Assembly (NCBI GenBank): GCA_964545205.1
Contig: CAZJFH010000014.1
Span: 775-64,774 of the forward strand
From: an uncultured Rhodospirillaceae bacterium
Lineage (GTDB): Bacteria > Pseudomonadota > Alphaproteobacteria > Rhodospirillales > Magnetospirillaceae
Direction of reading: 5' to 3'
Length of the DNA: 64,000 bases
Shown: positions 57,697-64,000 of the stretch, piece after piece
Position numbering within the stretch: position 1 is the first letter of the stretch
Layout: each line of letters starts with the position of its first letter
Made by a program: the position numbers and the translations under genes
The notes under the pieces: model-generated
Database searches by the model: none
What the model was told of the DNA's origin: nothing
The model's input: only the letters and a program-made list of their open reading frames with translations

Positions 57697-58593
57697 ATGA
57701 GCGGCGAACAAACGAAGCTGGCCATCGCCTTCGCCGACGTGCGCGGCAGCACCGCCATCTACGAGATGTTCGGCGACGTGCGCGGGCGCGAGATCACCGG
57801 CGGCGCCGTCAACGCGTTCGTCCGCGCCGCCGAATCCCAGGGCGGACGACTGATCAAGACGATGGGAGACGGCGCCATGGTGACGCTGCCGTCGGCCCAG
57901 GCGGCGGTGCTGGCGGCCATCGCCACCCAGGAGCATCTGCGCGCCAAGCAGGTCTCGATCGGCATCGGCTTCATGTGGGGCAGCGTGCTCGAGGAGGGCG
58001 ACGACGTGTTCGGCGACGCCGTCAACGTCGCGGCGCGGCTGTGCTCGCTGGCCAAGGCGGGCGAGATCCTGACCACCGCCGAGACGGTGGCCGAGTTCCC
58101 GTCGGTGCTGCGCGGCGTCACCCGGCATCTCGACACGGTCGAGGTCCGCGGCCGCCGCGAGCCGGTGCAGATTCACCAGGTCACCTGGGACAGCGGCGAC
58201 GACGACGAAGGCGGGATGACGGTGATCGCGACCAAGGGCGACCCCGCCAACCTGCGACCGAAGGCCCTCACCCTGACCGCCGGCGGCCAGGACTACCGGC
58301 TGGACGTCGACGCCAAACCGGTGCGGCTCGGCCGCGTCGGCGCCGACATCGTCGTTCCCGACACCCTGGCCTCGCGCCAGCACGCCACCATCGAGCCGTG
58401 GCGGGGCAAGTTCATGCTCGTCGACCAGAGCACCAACGGCACCTACGTGACCACCGACCACGGCGGCGAGACGGTGCTCAAGCGCGAATCGGGCGAACTG
58501 ACCGAAAGCGGCTGGATCGGCCTCGGCCGCCGGCCCACGCCCGAGAACCCCCACCGCGTCCGCTTCGTCGTCGATCCCGGCGACGGCCAGTAG
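57697..58593 (+). CDS. class III nucleotidyl cyclase domain fused to a C-terminal FHA domain
   Basis: Cyclase blocks: IAFADVRGST, IKTMGDGAMV, GDAVNVAARL. FHA block: RLGRV..ADIVVPD.LASRQHA...LVDQSTNGTYV. Confidence 0.75.
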   Translation: MSGEQTKLAIAFADVRGSTAIYEMFGDVRGREITGGAVNAFVRAAESQGGRLIKTMGDGAMVTLPSAQAAVLAAIATQEHLRAKQVSIGIGFMWGSVLEEGDDVFGDAVNVAARLCSLAKAGEILTTAETVAEFPSVLRGVTRHLDTVEVRGRREPVQIHQVTWDSGDDDEGGMTVIATKGDPANLRPKALTLTAGGQDYRLDVDAKPVRLGRVGADIVVPDTLASRQHATIEPWRGKFMLVDQSTNGTYVTTDHGGETVLKRESGELTESGWIGLGRRPTPENPHRVRFVVDPGDGQ

Positions 58594-58596
58594 GGC

Positions 58597-58860
58597 TTAG
58601 GCGCAGTCGTCTGGCGCCGGTGCGGGGCGCCTCCGCCCGCGGCGCAGCGACGCGCCGGCGATCGCCGCAACCGCCGCCGCTCCGAACGTAACGGCGCAAC
58701 CGCCGCAATTCACGCAAGCACCGCCGCGACAGGTCTGCGCAAGCTGCTGCGCCGCGCCGAGAGTGAACGCGCCGGAAGTCCCGTACAGCATTCCGCCGAT
58801 CGCGCCGCGCAACGACAGGATGCGCGCGGCGAACCCGCGCAGGATCGCCGCGACGTTCAT
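58597..58860 (-). CDS. small Cys-rich hypothetical protein (87 aa)
   Basis: The ORF contains CRGGACVNCGGCAV and hydrophobic Gly/Ala segments. Its ATG overlaps the stop of the upstream 4Fe-4S gene (ATGA). Confidence 0.5.
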   Translation of the reverse strand: MNVAAILRGFAARILSLRGAIGGMLYGTSGAFTLGAAQQLAQTCRGGACVNCGGCAVTFGAAAVAAIAGASLRRGRRRPAPAPDDCA

Positions 58861-59810
58861 GGCAGGAGAGCTCCGGGGGCGGTGAACTCTACCGCGTTGC
58901 GCCGCGCGACCGGCCCCCGGGCGTAGGTCAGGGCGTCATGGGGGCAGGCGGCGATGCACTGGTTGCAGGTCAGGCAGGTGTGGATGCTGAGATCCACTCC
59001 CGGACCGCTATGGGCGGCGTAGGCCCCGGCCGGCGCCGGGACGATCGCGCGGGTCGGGCAGACCTTGATGCAGTTGTCGCAACTCCGGCATTTCTCCGGC
59101 AGGAACCGGACCTTCCAGGTGAACGGCAGGCGCGCCCCGACGGCGTGGACAAGGTTCTGGATGGCGCCGACCGGACACAGGAACACGCACCAGCCGCGTC
59201 CGCCCTTGATGAACAGGCCGCCGACCACGATCCACAGTAGCGAGACTATGATGTATGTCGAGGTCAGCGCCGGCAGGAAGCCGCCGCCGAAGCCCAGGCC
59301 GATATACTCCATCACGCGGAAATTGCAGTACGAGCAGCCGGCATGCAGTCCCAGAAACGGCAGCGTCAGATATCCGGCCAGAAAGCCGTAGCGGACGGCG
59401 CCCGCATGGACGCGACCGGCGAAGTCGAATTTCAGGCGCTCGGGTACGAAGCGGCCCAGGAATTCCGGAAAGGCACCCGCCGCGCAGAGCCAGCCGCAGA
59501 ACAAAGGCCCGGCGGCGAATGCGATGGCCAGGACGACAAATATGCTGGCGTGGCGCACGTCCCACTGCATGGTCTCCCAGCGTTCGAGGTTCAGCAATCC
59601 GCCGACGCCCATCCTCAGGTTCAGCGAATCGCACAGATTGCCGATGAGGTGCTGATCGTCGAGGCCGGACACGAACCGCAGCACCAGGGCGCCGGGCGAG
59701 TAGAACAGGATGAAGCCGCCGAGATAGGAGGCGTACCGCCACAGCAGGTGGCGGCCGTTGGCGCGCGCGACGGCGCTGCCGCCTTTCAGGAGGTCGCTGG
59801 GATTTGCCAT
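58857..59810 (-). CDS. membrane-bound 4Fe-4S binding protein (NapH/MauN/NosR/YccM-like)
   Basis: TM helices carry FCGWLCAAG and WCVFLCPVG motifs. Two ferredoxin motifs follow: CRSCDNCIKVCP and CLTCNQCIAACP. Confidence 0.75.
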   Translation of the reverse strand: MANPSDLLKGGSAVARANGRHLLWRYASYLGGFILFYSPGALVLRFVSGLDDQHLIGNLCDSLNLRMGVGGLLNLERWETMQWDVRHASIFVVLAIAFAAGPLFCGWLCAAGAFPEFLGRFVPERLKFDFAGRVHAGAVRYGFLAGYLTLPFLGLHAGCSYCNFRVMEYIGLGFGGGFLPALTSTYIIVSLLWIVVGGLFIKGGRGWCVFLCPVGAIQNLVHAVGARLPFTWKVRFLPEKCRSCDNCIKVCPTRAIVPAPAGAYAAHSGPGVDLSIHTCLTCNQCIAACPHDALTYARGPVARRNAVEFTAPGALLP

Positions 59811-59817
59811 CGTGGCC

Positions 59818-60414
59818 TCAGTGGACGTGCATGGCGCCGTCCGGCATCGGAACGTCGCTGCTGTGGTCGTGGTCGCCGGCGGCCGCCCCGGCGATGGATC
59901 CGTTGACGATGCGCAACGGCGCAACCGCCATCGTCTCGCCGGTTTCCGGCGCAAAGGCGACGAGACTGCCGTCGCACAGGAGGTGTTCGCGCCGCAGCGC
60001 CTCGGGGACCTCGGCGAACAGATAGAAGGTCAGGCGCCCGCCGGGCGGCACCGGCGCGGCGACGGCGCGGGTTTCGGCGTCCCAGGTGTGGTTCCGGACC
60101 CGCCAATCGAAGAACAGGCGGCAGTCGTCGACGCGCAGACCGATCCGGAGCGGCGCCGTGCTGGCGTTGGTGACCGCGGTGAAGATGCGGAAGTGCCATG
60201 GCTGCACCGCCTTCTTGAGGTCGGTGAAGCCGCCGACGTCCACGGTCGCGGGTTTGCCCGCGGGGCCGGGGACCGTGAGAGCGACCTTGACCGATTCCCG
60301 CCCGGAAACGCTGTGGCCGTAGTAGCCGGCCGCGACCGGCAGGGACAGGCCCGCGGCGAAGGCAGCCACGGTGGCCAGCACCCGCGATCGCGGCGCGCGG
60401 AGGCCTGGAGTCAT
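59818..60414 (-). CDS. periplasmic hypothetical protein with a His/Met-rich C-terminal tail
   Basis: A signal peptide (ATVAAFAAGLSLPVAAG) and a beta-rich body, ending in GDHDHSSDVPMPDGAMHVH. It starts 2 nt after the TBDR stop. Confidence 0.6.
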   Translation of the reverse strand: MTPGLRAPRSRVLATVAAFAAGLSLPVAAGYYGHSVSGRESVKVALTVPGPAGKPATVDVGGFTDLKKAVQPWHFRIFTAVTNASTAPLRIGLRVDDCRLFFDWRVRNHTWDAETRAVAAPVPPGGRLTFYLFAEVPEALRREHLLCDGSLVAFAPETGETMAVAPLRIVNGSIAGAAAGDHDHSSDVPMPDGAMHVH

Positions 60415-60416
60415 GG

Positions 60417-62618
60417 TCAGAACCTCGCCGTCACTTCGCCGAAGAAGGTTCGGCCGGCCGCCAGGCTGCTCTGGTAGTATTCCTCGTCGAGGACGTTCGT
60501 GATCGAGAAGGACGTCGAGATCCAATCGGTGAAGCGGTAGCCGATTTTGGCGTCGGCGACCCAATGCGCATCGTAGGATCCGTACACGCCCTCGACCACG
60601 TCGCGGTTCTCGCTGTCGCCGTGCATGTGGCCGACATAACGGCCGATCACCGATCCCAGCCACGGACCCTCGGCGACCTCGATGCCAATGCTGGCCGTGT
60701 GTTCGGGCACGTAGGGAACGCGCTTTCCCACCGTCTCCGGCTCGGCGGCGTTCTCGGTGATTTCGGTATCGGTGAAGGTGTAGTTGGCGAACGCCTTTAT
60801 GCCGGGCGTGAGATAATGGCTGAGTTCCACTTCGGCGCCCTGGATCACCGCTTGGCCGGCATTCTCGCGGGTCGTGTCGCCATTGGCCAACCTTCGCTGG
60901 TAGATCAGGTCGCTGAGCCGGTTGTGAAAGAGAGTGCCGGCGATCCAGGTCTGCGACCACAGGCGCTGTTCGCCGCCGATCTCGAACGAGGTTGTCGTTT
61001 CGGGGTCGAGGTCGGGGTTCGAGCCGTTGACCTTGCCCGAGGTCGCGACCCAGGTGGAATACATGTCCGACAAGGTCGGCGCCCGGAATGCCTTGCCGAC
61101 GGAGCCCCGGACGGTGGTGCCCGGCTGCGGCTTCCATACCAGCGAAGCCTTGGGGCTGAAGGCGGAGCTGTTCCTGGTTTCGTAGGTTCGGAGAAAGGCC
61201 GGATTGATGTACTGCTGCACGACGCCTTCGGTCTGCCAGTAGTCGTAGCGCGCGCCGAGATATGCGGTCACCGAAGGCCACAGCGCGATCTCGTCCTGGA
61301 TGAAGGCGGCATAGATGCTGCTTTCGGCGTCGGCGCGGTAGCGCAGGTTTCCGGTCGCCGACTCTCGGCGCCAGTTCGCCAGGTCGTATTCGCGCTTGTT
61401 CAGCGTGTTGCGCGAGAACGCCACGCCGGCTACGACGAAATGCCGTTCGAAAAGCGGGAACTCGATCTGCGTGCTGCCCATCAGGCGATCGTTGGGAACA
61501 TCGACAAGCTTGCCGCCGCCCCCGGTGGCGGTCGCCGTTGCGCCCGGTGAGACGTACCAGTAGTTGTTGTCTGAATAAGAGCCGTCGATCTTGAGCATCA
61601 CGCCGCCTCCGAAGTCATGCTCGAAGGCTGCCGTGTACCGCAGGACGTCCTCGCCGTTGGGGCCGAAGAGGAAATTGTTCTCCCTCAGACGGATGCGTTG
61701 ATTGTTGCCGACATCGACGTTGCCGCTGACGACCGGTGCGCCCGCGTTGTCGAGAAGATACGAGTTGTAGCCCTCGAACGCGGTTTGGTGCTCGTGGTAG
61801 CGGACGCCCACGGTCAGCAGCGAATCCTCGGTCAGATCGAGGGTGAAGGTGCCTCCCGCGTTCTTCTGCCACCAACTGCGGGGCCCCTTGTCGCCGACCA
61901 GCCATGCCGGGTCGCCTTCGTCGGTCCGCGTCGGCACCAGGCCGGTGACTGCCGCGCCGGCGCCCGCCGACGGCTTCTTCACGACGAAGTCCTTGATGTA
62001 GCCGTCGCTGGCCTTGTAGCCGGCATCGACCCGCAGCCCGAAGCGGCCGATGCGATCCCCGTAGGACACGTGGGCGGTCTTGAGATCGTCGCTGCCGTAG
62101 CCGGCCTTGGCCGCGAAAGCTCTCTCGTCGGGCGCCTTGGTGATGATGTTGACCGCTCCGCCCATGGCATTCCCGCCATACAGCGACGAAAACGGCCCGC
62201 GCACGACCTCGATGCGCTCGATGTTTTCGGGGTCGATGACCGACCAGTTGATGCCGCCGGAAAAGCCGTTGTTGATCGACTGTCCATCGACCATCACCGA
62301 GGTGCGGTAATAGCCGGGGATGCCGCGGATGACCACTTGGTTGGCCCAGGCGCTGGGCGCCGCACCGGCGAAGTCGCGGACCAGAACGCCGGGCAGGTCC
62401 TTCAGCGCATCGGTGACCTGCTGCACCGGCTTCGACTGCATCTCCGCTTCGGTGACCACGCTGACGGCGGCCGGCGCGTCGGCGGTATCCATTGCCTTTC
62501 GGGTCGCGGTGACCACCACCTCGCCGAGCCGGGTCTGCTCCTCGGCCCGACCGGTGACCGGCAACAACAGCAACGCCGCGGCTGCCATGCTCGATCCACG
62601 CCACCCGATTACCGTCAT
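60417..62618 (-). CDS. TonB-dependent outer-membrane receptor (start 62618 or 62636)
   Basis: A signal peptide, the TonB-box/plug LGEVVVTATR...IERIEVVRGPFSSLYGGNAMGG, a long beta-barrel and a terminal ...GEVTARF. Confidence 0.9.
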   Translation of the reverse strand: MTVIGWRGSSMAAAALLLLPVTGRAEEQTRLGEVVVTATRKAMDTADAPAAVSVVTEAEMQSKPVQQVTDALKDLPGVLVRDFAGAAPSAWANQVVIRGIPGYYRTSVMVDGQSINNGFSGGINWSVIDPENIERIEVVRGPFSSLYGGNAMGGAVNIITKAPDERAFAAKAGYGSDDLKTAHVSYGDRIGRFGLRVDAGYKASDGYIKDFVVKKPSAGAGAAVTGLVPTRTDEGDPAWLVGDKGPRSWWQKNAGGTFTLDLTEDSLLTVGVRYHEHQTAFEGYNSYLLDNAGAPVVSGNVDVGNNQRIRLRENNFLFGPNGEDVLRYTAAFEHDFGGGVMLKIDGSYSDNNYWYVSPGATATATGGGGKLVDVPNDRLMGSTQIEFPLFERHFVVAGVAFSRNTLNKREYDLANWRRESATGNLRYRADAESSIYAAFIQDEIALWPSVTAYLGARYDYWQTEGVVQQYINPAFLRTYETRNSSAFSPKASLVWKPQPGTTVRGSVGKAFRAPTLSDMYSTWVATSGKVNGSNPDLDPETTTSFEIGGEQRLWSQTWIAGTLFHNRLSDLIYQRRLANGDTTRENAGQAVIQGAEVELSHYLTPGIKAFANYTFTDTEITENAAEPETVGKRVPYVPEHTASIGIEVAEGPWLGSVIGRYVGHMHGDSENRDVVEGVYGSYDAHWVADAKIGYRFTDWISTSFSITNVLDEEYYQSSLAAGRTFFGEVTARF

Positions 62619-62651
62619 GTCCACCTCCCTGATCATCGGACATCACGGGAG

Positions 62652-62676
62652 GGCAATAATCGTGCCAGTCATTGCC
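62652..62676. promoter_or_regulatory. inverted repeat GGCAAT-N13-ATTGCC just upstream of the TBDR start (candidate metalloregulator operator)
   Basis: An AT-enriched imperfect palindrome, GGCAATAATCGTGCCAGTCATTGCC. A related ATTATTGTC half-site lies at 62767-62775. Confidence 0.3.
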
Positions 62677-62798
62677 GGCCGAACGGCCTACTTCCGGGCC
62701 GCCGCCGGTGAGTCATTTGACTTCATGACCGTGTCAAAACACCGGTCGTCGGCGGAGATAGTTGGTATTATTGTCTTTCACTGTCCGACCGGCGCCGG

Positions 62799-63335
62799 TC
62801 AGCGCTGCTGTGGCGAGGGTTCCGGCCGGGAAGCCGGCTGCGGCATCGGCTCGCGGCCCTCGAACAGGCCGGCGCGCTGGCTCCAATAGGCGTCGACCGA
62901 CTGCTGCCAGTTGGCGTCGGCGACCTCGTCGAAGTTCTCGCTCTTGGCCGAGGGCGCCGCCTTCAGCACGTCCTCTGTGACGTTGACGACGTAGGTGTTC
63001 CGGCGCGGCCCGGCGTACAGCGCCGCCCAGGGCACCGCGACCATGCGCTCGCCGATGCCCAGGAAGCCGCCGATCTCGACCATCACGTAGGCGACCCGGT
63101 TCTGGTCGCGCTCCAGCAGCACGCCCTCGATCTCGCCGGCATCCTCGCCGTTGACCGTGAGCACGTCGGAATCCTTCAGATCCTCGCTCCAGATCAGGTT
63201 CGACCGGTCGATCTGCGGCGGCGAGGTCGTCGGCACGCCGGGCGCGGTCTCCTGGACGATGTTGTCCGCCGCCGCGGCCGGGGTTGCGGCCAAGGGCAGC
63301 AGGACCAGGGTGGTCAGCATCGTCTTGTTCTTCAT
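62799..63335 (-). CDS. secreted PRC-barrel domain protein
   Basis: A signal peptide, then ...GEDAGEIEGVLLERDQNRVAYVMVEIGGFLGIGERMVAVPW... Confidence 0.7.
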   Translation of the reverse strand: MKNKTMLTTLVLLPLAATPAAAADNIVQETAPGVPTTSPPQIDRSNLIWSEDLKDSDVLTVNGEDAGEIEGVLLERDQNRVAYVMVEIGGFLGIGERMVAVPWAALYAGPRRNTYVVNVTEDVLKAAPSAKSENFDEVADANWQQSVDAYWSQRAGLFEGREPMPQPASRPEPSPQQR

Positions 63336-63354
63336 GTCGTTCCTCCTGCCGTGG

Positions 63355-64000
63355 TCACCAGTACGGCCGTTGGCCGTAATGCTCGTAAAGCCGCCGCTCG
63401 GTCTCGCGGTCGACCGGCACCGCCGGGTCGTAGGTCGGGGCCTCCTCGACCCGGGCCTTGCCCACCGACAGCGACACGCGGCGCCGCTCGAAGTCGAAGC
63501 CCTCGACGGCCGCCGTCGACAGCAGCACCGCCTTCGACGGCAGCCAGTGGCCGGTGTCGACCACCAGCCAGCGGATGCGCCAGCCGTCCTCGTCGATCAG
63601 CACGTCCGAGACGCGGCCGATATCGCCGTCGGTCGCGCGCGCCGCGTAGCCGGTCAGCCGTTCGGCGCTGCGCAGATGCGGATCGCCCGCCGCCGCCGCC
63701 TCGCGCAGCACGGATTCCAGGGCCGGGTCGGTGCCCCACAGCGGCGGCGCCTTCGACGCCGCGTCGGTCCAGTAGGGCCACCAGCCGTAATGGCCGTGCA
63801 GCGCGACCTCCTCCTGCCGGCTGACCGGCTTGTCGCAATCGACGTCGGGGCTGTCCTCGACCTGCTTGCGGGTCAGCGAGACCGGGAAGGTGCGGGCGTC
63901 GGGATCGGGCCGTCCCAGCACGCCCGGCACGATCAGCACCCGCCGGCCGGTCAGCCAGCCGTGGGTGTCGACGACCAGATAGCGCACCGCCCAGTCGGTG
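63355..64000 (-). CDS. tandem PRC-barrel domain protein; the N-terminus probably lies beyond the window edge
   Basis: ...WAVRYLVVDTHGWLTGRRVLIVP... and ...GDIGRVSDVLIDEDGWRIRWLVVDTGHWL..., ending in YEHYGQRPYW. The reading frame stays open to position 64000. Confidence 0.7.
   Translation of the reverse strand, partial: TDWAVRYLVVDTHGWLTGRRVLIVPGVLGRPDPDARTFPVSLTRKQVEDSPDVDCDKPVSRQEEVALHGHYGWWPYWTDAASKAPPLWGTDPALESVLREAAAAGDPHLRSAERLTGYAARATDGDIGRVSDVLIDEDGWRIRWLVVDTGHWLPSKAVLLSTAAVEGFDFERRRVSLSVGKARVEEAPTYDPAVPVDRETERRLYEHYGQRPYW

Noticed and set aside
57697-58860. The cyclase-FHA gene plus the neighbouring small hydrophobic Cys-rich protein as a Pycsar/CBASS-like anti-phage module
   Set aside because: The small protein is on the opposite strand and translationally coupled to the TBDR/4Fe-4S operon, not to the cyclase. 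No effector (TIR, patatin, nuclease or TM pore) is co-oriented with the cyclase. The surrounding region is housekeeping (secDF, yajC).
62637-62798. A possible cobalamin or other riboswitch in the leader of the TonB-dependent receptor
   Set aside because: I read the minus-strand leader and found no B12-box-like core (no ...GCCACTG... element) and no obvious multi-stem junction resembling known metal or cofactor riboswitches. Only short AT-rich repeats are present. A covariance-model scan would be needed to exclude a riboswitch fully.

Overview
This is a very GC-rich, gene-dense chromosomal segment with alphaproteobacterial (Rhodospirillales-like) gene content. I call about 75 protein-coding genes. 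I found no rRNA, tRNA, CRISPR array, transposase, integrase or prophage genes.

The recognisable core blocks are:
- a leucine-catabolism operon (liuB-DUF559-liuC-liuD-liuE)
- a kinase-less phosphorelay cluster (two CheY-like receivers with GPDRRR tails, plus an Hpt protein)
- sulfur-metabolism genes (sseA, a cysteine-synthase-like gene, a DsrE/DUF2892 pair, sorAB)
- a complete suf Fe-S assembly operon (rrf2-sufBCDS-sufU-sufT)
- rplM-rpsI, argC, actP-DUF485, phaZ, sodB and yajC-secDF

Two families of structured repeats sit between cistrons inside the liu and suf operons. Several long alternative-frame or antisense ORFs in the supplied track are high-GC artefacts. Several N-terminal ORF extensions are simply read-through of repeat DNA.

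The candidates for something undescribed are, in order:
1. A tightly coupled four-gene operon at 58.6-62.6 kb. It encodes a TonB-dependent receptor, a His/Met-tailed periplasmic protein, a NapH/NosR-like membrane 4Fe-4S protein and a Cys-rich mini-protein.
2. A CBS-DUF294 nucleotidyltransferase translationally coupled to a secreted RNase T2, next to actP.
3. The tandem CheY-GPDRRR receivers with Hpt.
4. A translationally coupled SDR / alpha-beta hydrolase / 464-aa unknown operon, lying inside a wider acyl-thioester neighbourhood (enoyl-CoA hydratase, PaaI thioesterase, Pat-like CoA-ligase/GNAT, stand-alone carrier protein).
5. A degenerate EAL-domain protein.
6. A 590-bp low-GC non-coding island containing a perfect palindrome and a hairpin-embedded small ORF.

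All functional calls come from motif recognition by eye. No database search was run.
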